A stretch of 63,528 nt of DNA, filler included, from Reclinomonas americana ATCC 50394 (Eukaryota): assembly GCA_048213135.1 (NCBI GenBank). It is 8 parts of 4 records of this genome, joined end to end, with 100 filler letters (N's around TTAATTAATTAA, not from the genome) between each part and the next. Parts side by side here need not be neighbours in the genome. Positions count along the whole stretch, not along the records: positions 5,713 to 21,879 come from PS015558.1; positions 21,980 to 31,815 come from PS015558.1; 6 more parts are not named here. One strand, written 5' to 3'. The translations under genes were made by a program, and so were the position numbers. The stretch's first letter is position 1, and every line of letters begins with the position of its first letter. Shown one piece after another: positions 18,506 through 30,164 of the stretch. Under the pieces are notes generated by a model. The model was given only the letters and a program-made list of their open reading frames with translations. It did not search any database and had not been told where the DNA came from.

Positions 18506-20197
18506 TTGATGGAAAAAACTGGAGGCAGGAGACAAAGTAAGCAAGTGTTGCGTGCGTCATAATGAAGAAAAAAGGAAGCGAGCAGCAAAACAGACACAAA
18601 AATGCTACGTGAATGCCCACTTGCCAGGCAAATAGAAAGAGGGGAGAGTGGGAGGTGGTGGGAGAGAATTTTAAGAGAAAGAGACGAGCAGCCGGCGTCG
18701 CGAATCATGACATACAGTGTGGAGGAGAGAGAGAGAAGAGAGAGGGGAGAGAGAAAGAGAGACTCACCGACTTGTGTGTGTGTGTTGTGTGTTGTGTTGT
18801 GTCGTGTTGTTGAGTGCAGCAGTGGAGTGCGTGTCGGGAGTTGGTCTCCGCTCAAGCAAGGACGAGAAAAAATGAACTGATCGATGGTGAATCCGCTGAT
18901 GGGAATCAAGCAGATGCAACTCTCCGTTTGGAAAGGCAATCCCGAGAAATTATTGACATACTGCACACTGTGTGCGTGGGATGAGAGAGGCCGATCGCTG
19001 ACCAGGTCAACACTGCGTGAGAGTGTGCAGGTGGTGCATGCAGGAAGCGTCGTCTTAATGCCACGAATTACCAAATCCGGCGGTCATGATGGCTTTTCGT
19101 GCATGGCCGGCGGCCACGATGGACGGTGGCTCCCTGTCGGTGTACATTCGTGCAGCTGCGGCGGCGCCCGACGTGTGCAGGGAGTCAGAGCACACAGGTA
19201 GTATGTATGGGCTCTCGCGAGCGATAGAGGTCAATCAAAAAATCGAACGCGCGGATCAACGATAGGATGTTTTTTCGGATCCGCAATGCCAGCGTTGATG
19301 GCGGCCTCGGACGCTGGCTTTCACGGTCAGGACAAAGGTAGCACGCACATTGTGCCCGCCATCGCGTCGGCGGATCTGCGCCTTGTCCAACTGTGAAGCA
19401 AAAAAATGCTCTGCATCTTTGTCTGTCGAGCAAGTCGCGCGCCTCTGCGATCGCATCCAATTCTCAGCTGCAGAGGCGTTCGTCGCTCTCGCCACCTTCT
19501 TTCTCTACACATAGTCGCATCTCTACACTGTGCTCCCGCTTACAAGCAGCAACAATCGTGTCGTCCAGACCAGGCTGGGTTGTGAGACAGATATGCCCTG
19601 CAGCTGTCCGACACTTGCCATCTCTCCGACTTGACGTCCGCTGCGCTTGTGAATTGCGAGCGTGTCGACGAACTCACACGAGAGAAGGAGGGACAGCGTT
19701 GTGCCAGAGTGCAGCACGTCTGCGTTTTCTTGGCACATCTCCACGACAAGGAGCGAGCGCGTGCACAGAGGTCGCCATGATGACAAAAAAACTGCTCTGG
19801 CTGTCTCGCTTCGACTCCGACGACTCCAGCGACTCGCCGATGGTGGGGGGACTGAATCCGATATATGCAGTGCACGTGCGGCGTGACGCACAGCATCTGC
19901 GACAAGCGCGAGAGCACATTCCCATCGTGTTCGAAATCAATATCACAGCGGCGTAACATCACCCGCAAAGGAAGAAAAGTGTCGGGGCCCTTTGTTGGTT
20001 GCGTCAGCGTGCACGAAACCCCCAACTTTCTCGCACGCTACTCTTTTGCTCCCGAGATCCCCAACACGGATTCGGCAGCCCACACCGAGAACCCTCGATT
20101 CCGCACTAGTTGCCCAACTCAAAAGCATCGTGCTCCCTCCCTCCTAACGCGTTGCCTTTCGCTTTCCTATACACTCCCCTCGCCTCCTCCACTCCAA

Positions 20198-21537
20198 CTA
20201 CCCGTGACTCGGAAACACGTTGAAGAAGTGGTAGACCTCGTCCTGGTCGTACACACCCAACTCGGTTCCGCACGACATGCACACCACCGGGTGGAACACG
20301 TCTCTCGCGGCACCAACACCACCGGCCCCATATCCCTCCTCATCCTCATCGGCATCGTCCCCATCGCGCGCCATCTCCTGCACCGCCACCATCTCCGCTT
20401 CTTCCACCTCCATCATCGGTGCATCGCCGCCACCAATGCGGAACGACCCGCCGACCGACGAGTGCAGTGAGCCTCCGAAACGGACCTTTCGCCGTCGCGA
20501 TTGCTGCGGCTGCGGCCTGGGCGCGGGTGCCTTAGAGCGTCGTTGCGGTGGTGCTGCTGCATGTATGAAGATCAATGAGTGACATGCTATGGCTCTGTTC
20601 ATAAGCTAATGTCCTCCTCACCTCGCGCTGCAGCCGACTGGCCACTGGGCTGGAGCGACGAATGCAACGTCTCGCTGACACGCACCTGGCAGTTCTGCAC
20701 AAACATGGCCCTGTACTGTGTCGTGTACCGCACGTGTCTGTGGCGCTCCGCAGCATGAGCAGATCGCCAGCGAGCGAGAACGAGCATGACAGGCGTGAAC
20801 CTCTGACAATCGACACACACAGTGGTGAAGCAGCACGGACAGCTGAGGATCGCATCCGTGCTCTCCGGCACCTCCACTGGCACCGTCGATGGCCCAGCAG
20901 CAGCAGCAGCAGCATGCGCAGCCACGGCCTCCACCACCGACGAAGGCGCGCCCGGCGGCGGTCTCACCGCCGGCAACGCACGGTGCATGCGCCGCCGCGC
21001 CTGCAGCCACTGCTCCGTGCGCTCATCCTCTCGCGGATCATACAACAGCTCCTCGTGCTCCTGCTCAGCAGACACAGTCGCACTCAATGTGGACTCGGCC
21101 TGCTCCCGTCGCTCCCGCAGCTTCCTTTGCCGCTGCAGCTGACGCTGTCGCCGCTGTCGTTGCTGGTTCGCCGCCGACAATGGACCTGCCACGCACGCTC
21201 AGTCAGTGTGCTCCAGAGGCAAGCAGCAAACGAGATCGTTACCTTCATCCTTTGCCTCTTCCTCTTCCTCTTCTCCAGTCGCCATCATGTCCTCATCAGC
21301 GTCATCCATGGCACGCACTACTGTAAAGGCCACGGCAGAGGGCGCAGCAGAGGAAGACGAGGAGAACAGCTCGTCCATCATTCCTCGCATGGCGTCGCTC
21401 ATCTCCATCGGAACGTGCACCGCCGACTCGGGCGGTGACAGCAGGCCGACCACATGCACACTGGGCGGAGGCGAAGGAGAAGCTGTTGCTGTTGAGGCAG
21501 TGGGCGCGTCGGGAGTGGTGCCTCGGCGTTCGCGCAT
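20198..21537 (-). CDS. EAPP: E2F-associated phosphoprotein (EAPP) homolog, multi-exon
   Basis: Motifs LLYDPREDERTEQW, TDAILSCPCCFTTVCVDCQRHVRYTTQYRAMFVQNC and FHPVVCMSCGTELGVYDQDEVYHFFNVFPS. Confidence 0.9.
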
Positions 21538-21601
21538 GAGAGAGAGAGAGACAGATTGCAGCGAGCGAGTCAGTCTGTCACCCTCACTCACTCACCGTGC
21601 A

Positions 21602-21979
21602 ATGAGCGACGTGCAGCAGGCCATTGTCAGTTGCGTGTGCGTGCTGTGTCAGACAGTGTGCTTTGCTTTGCTGATGAGCTTGTGTGTGTGTTGTGCGCGC
21701 AGTTGACAATGGGTCAGGTGCGATCTCCCGCGCATTCGTTGTCTCTCTTGTGTGTGTGTGTGTGTGTGTGTGTGTTCATGTGCGTCTGTAGGTGTGTGCA
21801 AGGCGGGTTACTCGGGTCAGGATGCGCCACAAGCTGTGTTTCCGTGTGTGATTGGCCGGTGAGAGAGAGAGAGAGAGAGNNNNNNNNNNNNNNNNNNNNN
21901 NNNNNNNNNNNNNNNNNNNNNNNTTAATTAATTAANNNNNNNNNNNNNNNNNNNNNNNNNNNNNNNNNNNNNNNNNNNN

Positions 21980-22054
<75 letters not shown>

Positions 22055-24749
22055 GTGCATGCGCAGTGCCTTGTGATTGACAATGCAATGCAGTCCACGA
22101 CATGCGGGGCCGACACTGGGCGCACGACCAGTGGAGCTGCTGATTGGTGATGAGGCGCAGTTGAAGCGCGGATCGCTGGTGCTCTCGTATCCGATGCAGC
22201 ATGGGATTGGTGTGTGTGTGTGAGAGTGGGAAGTTGTCTTTGTGTTGATCTTGTTGCTGAGTGTGTGCGCAGTCACCGACTGGGGCGACATGGAGAGGAT
22301 ATGGCATCATGTGTTTGCCACGGAGCTGCGTGTGGATCCGTCAAAGCACCCAGTGTTGTTGACGGAGGTGCCGTTGCATCCGCCGAGCATGCGCGAGGAG
22401 AGTTGCGTGCTTTTGCTCGTCTTCTTCGCCACTGTGATCTTACTGGTCGGTGTTGTCGTCGCAGTGGCGCGGATCATGTTTGAAAAGTTCAACGTGCCGT
22501 CGCTGTATGTGCAAGTGCAGGCGGTTCTGGCGTTGTACGCATCGGGGCGCACCACTGGCATTGTGCTGGACTCGGGAGATGGAGTGACGCACTGTGTGCC
22601 GGTGTTTGAGGGATACGCGCTGCCGCATGCCATTGATCAGTCGCAGTTGGCGGGGCGTGCGCTCACCGATTATATGATGGAGGTGTGTGTCTTCTCTCGC
22701 ACTTTCTCTTTCGCTCACTTTGCTCTCTCTCTCTCTCTCTCTCTCTTGTCTCTTCCCGCGAATCTTTGCTCTCGTTCCTCCTTTGTTTTCTTTCTTGCTT
22801 ACTCTGTGTCGCCTTCGGTTCTCCTCTCCTCTCGTGCACTCGCTGTCCTCCCATGATGTCTCTCTCACCTTCTCCCTTATCTCTGCCCTCCATCCTTTGC
22901 TTTCTCTCTCTTTCTCATTCTTCCTTTCTCTCTCTCTATCACTCCTTGTTTTTCCTTTCCTCCCTTCTCTTCTCTCTCCCTTCCCCTCCCTTCCCCCTCC
23001 CTCCCTCCCCCCCTCCCCTCCCCTGTCCTCACCCCCTCCGCAGCTCCTTGCCGGCCTCGGCCGCCGCTTCTCCACCACCGCCGAACGAGAAATCGCTCGC
23101 GACATGAAGGAGCGCCTGTGCTACGTGGCCGACGACTACGCAGCCGAGCTCGGCAAGTACGGCGGCGTGGGTGGATCAAAGGCGGCGGCCGCCGCCGCAG
23201 CAGGCAGCGGTGACATTCAGCGCGAGTACGAGTTGCCCGACGGACAAATGGTGACACTCGGCGCCGAGCGCTTCCAGTGCGCCGAGGCACTCTTCCGACC
23301 GTCGCTAGTGGGCTCCGNNNNNNNNNNNNNNNNNNNNNNNNNNNNNNNNNNNNNNNNNNNNNNNNNNNNNNNNNNNNNNNNNNNNNNNNNNNNNNNNNNN
23401 NNNNNNNNNNNNNNNNNNNNNNNNNNNNNNNNNNNNNNNNNNNNNNNNNNNNNNNNNNNNNNNNNNNNNNNNNNNNNNNNNNNNNNNNNNNNNNNNNNNN
23501 NNNNNNNNNNNNNNNNNNNNNNNNNNNNNNNNNNNNNNNNNNNNNNNNNNNNNNNNNNNNNNNNNNNNNNNNNNNNNNNNNNNNNNNNNNNNNNNNNNNN
23601 NNNNNNNNNNNNNNNNNNNNNNNNNNNNNNNNNNNNNNNNNNNNNNNNNNNNNNNNNNNNNNNNNNNNNNNNNNNNNNNNNNNNNNNNNNNNNNNNNNNN
23701 NNNNNNNNNNNNNNNNNNNNNNNNNNNNNNNNNNNNNNNNNNNNNNNNNNNNNNNNNNNNNNNNNNNNNNNNNNNNNNNNNNNNNNNNNNNNNNNNNNNN
23801 NNNNNNNNNNNNNNNNNNNNNNNNNNNNNNNNNNNNNNNNNNNNNNNNNNNNNNNNNNNNNNNNNNNNNNNNNNNNNNNNNNNNNNNNNNNNNNNNNNNN
23901 NNNNNNNNNNNNNNNNNNNNNNNNNNNNNNNNNNNNNNNNNNNNNNNNNNNNNNNNNNNNNNNNNNNNNNNNNNNNNNNNNTCCTCCCCTTCCCCCTCCC
24001 CTTCCCCCCTCCCCTCCCTCCCCCCCTCCCCTCCCCCTGTCCTCACCCCTCCGCAGCTCCTTGCCGGCCTCGGCCGCCGCTTCTCCACCACCGCCGAACG
24101 AGAAATCGCTCGCGACATGAAGGAGCGCCTGTGCTACGTGGCCGACGACTACGCAGCCGAGCTCGGCAAGTACGGCGGCGTGGGTGGATCAAAGGCGGCG
24201 GCCGCCGCCGCAGCAGGCAGCGGTGACATTCAGCGCGAGTACGAGTTGCCCGACGGACAAATGGTGACACTCGGCGCCGAGCGCTTCCAGTGCGCCGAGG
24301 CACTCTTCCGACCGTCGCTAGTGGGCTCCGAAGAGGGCGGCATCCCACGCATGATTTACGACTGCATCCAAAAGTGCGCCCTCGACGTGCGCAAGGATCT
24401 CTTTGGCAATGTGGTGCTGTCGGGCGGCAGCACCATGTTCCCCGGTTTGCCCGAGCGCGTGCAGCGTGAACTGACGGCCCTGGTGCCGCAAGAGCAGCAG
24501 CAGCAGCAGAGTGGTTCATCGTCGTCCTCGTCGTCTTCCCTGGGTGGCTCGCCGGTCCTGGTCAAGGTGGTGGCGCCGGCCGAGCGCAAGTACTCGGTGT
24601 GGGTCGGCGGTGGCATTCTCGCCTCGCTCACGGCCTTCCAGTCCGAGTGGATCTCCAAGATGGAATTCGAGGAGCACGGTCCGCGCATCATGCACGCCAA
24701 GCAGCGGAGGAAACTGCGCGAGGCCCGCGCAAACAGTGAACGTCGCTAA
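21602..24749 (+). CDS. Divergent actin / actin-related protein, multi-exon
   Basis: Spliced [95 protein letters not shown] and [16 protein letters not shown]. The gene runs across the spacer at 21880-21979. Confidence 0.93.
23008..24329 (+). repeat. Duplicated intron end plus exon on both sides of an N gap (probably unmerged contig overlap)
   Basis: Exon sequence 23044-23317 is repeated apparently identically from 24057, and the first copy stops at the gap. Confidence 0.8.
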
Positions 24750-24796
24750 TAGTGTCCCCTCGTCCTCTCCTCGTTGATTGACGGCGGCAGGCAGAG

Positions 24797-26503
24797 ATGA
24801 CCGAGAGCGGTGAGCGCCGCATTCGGCTGCGACGCGACGTGGAAGATGGCATTGCGGAGTCATCCGACGACGAGGAGACCACACCAGCGACAGCGGCCGC
24901 CGAGCAGGCGCTGGATGAGCGCGACCGCCTTCTCCGTTCGGCCACTGGTGCCGCTGCGCAGGGCGACTATGAGACCTCCGAGGCAGCCTTCCGCAGCGCA
25001 CTGGACATGCGAGTCGATGCCGACACGCTGGACTCGCTCGGGCAGGTTCTTCCTTTCGGCGGCCATGTGCACATGCACATCTGCTGACCTTTCCCCTTCC
25101 CCAATCCTTGCACAGATTCTTCTGGAGCAAGGCAAGATCGACGATGCTGTGAAGATATGTCTATCTCTCTCTCTCACACACTCTCTATTGGTAACACATC
25201 GGGGCTGACAAGTGAGTGTACGTGTTCCAGCAGAGCTGCGAGGTGGACCCGGACGGATCATTCGTCAAGTACCTCAATCTGGCTCAGCTGACCGGCGGCA
25301 TGGAGTCGGTGCAGCTGTATGAGCGTGCGTGCCAGGTGATCCGCTTGCAGCTGCAGCAGCACGAGGCACGCAAGAACCCGCTCTTTCAAGGCGTTGCGTT
25401 TATACTCTCGTGCAGGCGTGAGGCCAGTTGTCAGTCGCTGATGGATTGGTGTGTGTAGAATGTGGACAAGAAGATGGGCGAGCTGCGCGCGAGTCTGGCG
25501 GAGGCGTTGGCGGCGATCGCCGAGGTGTATCTGACCGATCTGTGCTTTGAGCCGAATGCAGAGGAAGTGTGCGAGCGTTCGCTCAGTGGTGAGGAGACGG
25601 AGAGAAAGAGGGGATCTGTGTCGTGCACTTTTTTGTTTATAAGGTGAGCCGCCATGTGCAGAGGCTGTGGAGGCCGATCCGCGGTGCATGGAGGTGCACC
25701 AGACAATGGCGAGCGTGCGGCTGAGTCAGGGTCGCGACGACGAAGCGCGGCAGTGCCTGGCCACTGCCGTCGAGATCTTCACCGCGATCGGTACTTTTTT
25801 GTTTCCCATCACTGCTACCCCACCCCTTCATGTTATGCTCACACTGCGTGGTGTAAAAACAGAGCGGCCGGAGGATGTGCCGTCAATGGCCACGCGAACT
25901 GCACTGGCCAAGCTGCTCATCGAGATCAACGAACTGAGCACGGCAATGGGCGTGCTGGAGCACATGGCCACGGAGGACGATCAGATTGGCGAGACGTGGT
26001 ACCTGCTCGGTCTGGTGGCGTCGATGCTGCCCGACCCCGAGTCGGCCGAGCGATCGTACGAGTACTTTGTCAATGCGTACGAGCTGGTGCACGGCGTGGA
26101 GGACGACGAGGAGTTGGCGCAAGATATTGCGAACCGCTGCCCGGCCGCCGTGCAGCAGGCGCTGCAGAATTTGGAGCGGCGTGCGCGCGGTGAAGACGTG
26201 GACGCCGACGACGACGAGGCCGGCGAAGACGAGGGCAACTACATGGATCCGCTGGCGGCCGTCATTGCAGCATACGAGGCCTCGGGGCATGTAGACGACG
26301 ATGACGACGATGATGCCGACGAGGAGGGCGCTGACATGGAGGAGGACGAGGCACCGGCGGCTGCAGACGGTGACGACGACGATGAAGACGATGACGACGA
26401 CGATGATGAGGAAGTGGAGGACACGAGGAAAAAGGCTCCGGTGGTATCGAAAGCGTACACCAATCGCAAGCACAGGCGGCGGCGGCATGGTGGCAGAAAG
26501 TGA
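24797..26503 (+). CDS. TPR protein, ACL4-like (Rpl4 assembly chaperone), with acidic then basic C-terminal tail
   Basis: Motifs LGQILLEQGKIDDAVKVFQQSCEVDPD, KYLNLAQLTGG, AIAEVYLTDLCFEPNAEEVCE, QTMASVRLSQ and RTALAKLLIE resemble the ACL4 family. Six exons. Confidence 0.8.
25155..25221 (+). other. Candidate AT-AC spliceosomal intron (67 nt)
   Basis: AAG|ATATGTC...GCTGAC AAGTGAGTGTAC|GTG TTC CAG. Removing it gives an exact TPR register. Confidence 0.6.
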
Positions 26504-27068
26504 ATGCGTTTCCTTGTCATGTTGTACAATGCATTGAGCGAGCACACGTTTGATTTGTCCACTTTGATCGTCACCAATCGTTGCGTGAGAACCCACCGTT
26601 CTGTTCTCCCTCGCGCGCGCTCTCTTCTCCATCTCCGTGAGCGCCCTGTGTGTGGCACACTCCTCGCACTCGCGACAATGCTTTTTTTCCATATGCGTGT
26701 GTGTGGGTAACCCGCCATGGTCATGTGCATCACCCTTCTCTCTGTCTTCCGCACCACCGCCACCCGCGAGACAAAGAGAAGAGAGACCACACAGGGAGGA
26801 AGAGGGGCACAGAGAGGCAGAGGGCGCCGATTCCATCCTCTTGTGTGTGCATTGTGATTCCCTTCGCTGATATACGTCATTTTAAGGAGTGGCCACTTTG
26901 CAGTTGCCCTCGCTCACACTCGCATCTCTTGTTTGCGCAGCCATCGTGCCAGTCAGTCGTGACCACAGTCCGACACTCGAAGCCTCCCCTCCCGCTCGCA
27001 CGCACCACACAGCCTGCATTCCTCCTTCGCACACTTGTACTTGCAAACAAGAAAGTCTTGAAGAAGTC

Positions 27069-28080
27069 ATGAGCAGTCGGGTGCACATTGCCAACCTGGA
27101 CAGCGAGGCCTCGCAGCGACAAATCAAGGATCTGTTCAGTCGACATGGGCGTGTGGTAGAAGTGTCGTTGTTGGGCTCGTACGGATTTGTGGAGTTTTCC
27201 AATGAGGACGAGGCCAGGGTGGCGGTGGAGCAAGAGAGTGGGCGCACGCTGAATGGAAAGCGGATCGGTGCGCTGGTGTCTTTTCTGCTGTTGTGTTTGT
27301 CGGCGGCAGGAGTTTTTCACACTGCGTCGCAGAGGTGTCGTTTGCACGCTCGCGACCTCGTGTCGGTTCGCCCGGTCGAGACGACCGTGGACGCAGTGGA
27401 TCGAGTCGCGACCGGCCACCGCCATCTCGCGGTCCCGATAGTCGCTCCAGTGATAGGTATTTTGCACTGCGTGGCATTGTCGTGGGTGCGTTGTCAAAGT
27501 GAGTGACCTTTTCGCTCGAAAAAAGGTATGACGACCGTCGTGGCCCGCGTCGTCGTTCGCGGTCACCCCCCGGTGGACGCTACGACCGCCCACCCCCGCG
27601 TCGCGGTCGCCACGATTCCATCTGCCGTGTGTTCCCTGTGCACGAAAACCTGCGGTTTGTGTGCACAATCACCGAGACGGTGGAGATCGCAACTGATTTT
27701 CTCATGGCGGCGATGATTGCAGTGACTATGCTGAGTTTGTGGCGTCTCGATGTCTCGAAGTCGGTATTCCTACCGACGTGCAGCTGGTGCCGCGCTCCGA
27801 GTTCATGGATCGTCTGGATGAGGCCACCCGAGCCGGCATCAAGTACACGTGTGTGGTGAAGCGCGAGCTGGAGCGTGATCGACTAGTCTCCTTCCGCGCC
27901 GTGGGCAAGCGTGTCGAGGAGATTCCGCTGCAGGAGGCCATCAACTACATGCTGCAAGTGCGCGCCCCCTCTTCTTGGGGGTTCCCCCCTTCGTCTTCTC
28001 TTTGTGCTCACTCACTGTCGTCATCCCAGGAGGAGCGCATCTCGCCACCACCACCACCTCAGCCGCGACCACTGCCCGGT
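27069..28080 (+). CDS. RRM plus RD/RS-rich plus anticodon-binding-like domain protein (NCOA5/Nab3-like); 3' end in gap
   Basis: RRM (RVHIANL..LFSRHGRV..YGFVEF), then an R/D/S-rich linker, then DYAEFVASRCLEVGIPTDV..EEIPLQEA. Confidence 0.65.
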
Positions 28081-28638
28081 NNNNNNNNNNNNNNNNNNNN
28101 NNNNNNNNNNNNNNNNNNNNNNNNNNNNNNNNNNNNNNNNNNNNNNNNNNNNNNNNNNNNNNNNNNNNNNNNNNNNNNNNNNNNNNNNNNNNNNNNNNNN
28201 NNNNNNNNNNNNNNNNNNNNNNNNNNNNNNNNNNNNNNNNNNNNNNNNNNNNNNNNNNNNNNNNNNNNNNNNNNNNNNNNNNNNNNNNNNNNNNNNNNNN
28301 NNNNNNNNNNNNNNNNNNNNNNNNNNNNNNNNNNNNNNNNNNNNNNNNNNNNNNNNNNNNNNNNNNNNNNNNNNNNNNNNNNNNNNNNNNNNNNNNNNNN
28401 NNNNNNNNNNNNNNNNNNNNNNNNNNNNNNNNNNNNNNNNNNNNNNNNNNNNNNNNNNNNNNNNNNNNNNNNNNNNNNNNNNNNNNNNNNNNNNNNNNNN
28501 NNNNNNNNNNNNNNNNNNNNNNNNNNNNNNNNNNNNNNNNNNNNNNNNNNNNNNNNNNNNNNNNNNNNNNNNNNNNNNNNNNNNNNNNNNNNNNNNNNNN
28601 NNNNNNNNNNNNNNNNNNNNNNNNNNNNNNNNNNNNNA

Positions 28639-30084
28639 TCCAGCCACCGCCCAGCCACGTCACCGGCGGCCGCGGCAAAGTAACCCGACACCCACACCGA
28701 CCAGTCGTCGCTGCTCACGGCGCCCGTCACCGCAAACACGGGCAGCTGGGTCATCGTGGAAACAGGACAATAAGCAGCGGGTCGCGTCGCACGACCGACG
28801 ACGACGACAACACAAACCTCATATGTGAGCAGTGTGGCAAGAATGGCCACCAGCATGCCGACGGGGTACGAGCGGCGCGGATTGCGCACCTCGCCCGCAC
28901 ACGTACCGGCAGCAGTGAAGCCCATCATGTTCCACAGAATCGTGGTCACCAGCAGACCGGGTTTCAGTTGACCCGCCGGCGGGAAGTGCACCCAGTGATC
29001 GGGTTGCAGCTTCGGCATCGACGCAAAGAACAGCACCACAAAGGGCAGTAGGATGAATGCCGACAGAATGATATTGGCCTTGCCTACCGCCTGTGTGCAT
29101 GCGGTGAGTGTCGGGGGATGGCCTGGTGACACTGGCGAAAAGCGAGATCACACCTCGATGCCGAAGAAATTGAGAACAAACGCCAACGACAGCACAGCAA
29201 TGCAGACACCCATGCGTGCCGGCAGAGCCAGCGGCGCGGGTAGTAGCTGATCGAGGTACGAGATGAAGAGGACCACCAACGATGCCGAGTTGACCACGTT
29301 ACTGGCCACGCCGTACCATCCATTCTGAGCGCAGCAATGGGAGCTTAGCAGCCATCAAAGAGGAAGCTCACACACAGACACGCATGTTTGACGAACCTGA
29401 AACGCTGCAAAGCTACCCATGGCCCGATGCGCAAAGATCACGTAGCCGCCATTCGTCGGCAGCGCAGTCGACAGCTCGGCGGTGACGAGTGCCACCGGAA
29501 AGCACCACACCCAAGGCGACACAAAGATGCAAATCATGGTCAACAGTGGTCCGCCCGCCTGCACTGCAGGCTCCATTCCAAACGGCCCTGCACGTACACA
29601 CACGACTCAGAGACAGTGTCGACACTGCTGCGTGGTTGAACACGAAACCTCCCGACGCGATAATGTACGTGAATGTGGCCAACTCCAGCATAGTCATTGT
29701 GCGCTTCATCGGTTCCATCACCACCGACGAGCCACTATCGCGTCGCTCTCCCGCCACTGCGCCTCCGTGCAGCTCATCAGAGGCGGGAATCACTCGACTT
29801 GTCGCGTGTTTCCCGCCGTAATCATCGCCTCCGCCCGACAGCAACTCTCCATCGTCGTTGCTCATCACTTCCATCGGCTTGTGTGACGCACACATATACA
29901 CACGCACGAGAGTGAGCATGTGGTGGAGCGAGTGGAGAGAGTGAGGAGAGAGTGAGGAAGGGCAGACCTCGACAGCACCAGCCGGCAGTGTGCTCGATGT
30001 GAGGCGACTGAATGAGCGCTGCTGCTGTTGGTGCTGCTGCTGCTGCTGTGTTGGTGACTGGTTGTGAGCACCGCTGCCACGCAT
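28639..30084 (-). CDS. APC-superfamily amino acid/polyamine permease (PUT/RMV1-like), multi-exon; 3' end in gap
   Basis: Motifs [48 protein letters not shown] and [25 protein letters not shown]. Confidence 0.9.
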
Positions 30085-30164
30085 GCACGCACACAAGTGA
30101 GAGAGAGGATTGAAGAGAGACAATGCTCGCACGAAGTCACACACGCATAGCACGCTCGCACACA

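Noticed and set aside
23008..24329. Tandem exon duplication / mutually exclusive exons in the actin-like gene
   Set aside because: The copies appear identical and flank a gap, and the first is cut by the gap. Typical unmerged overlap.
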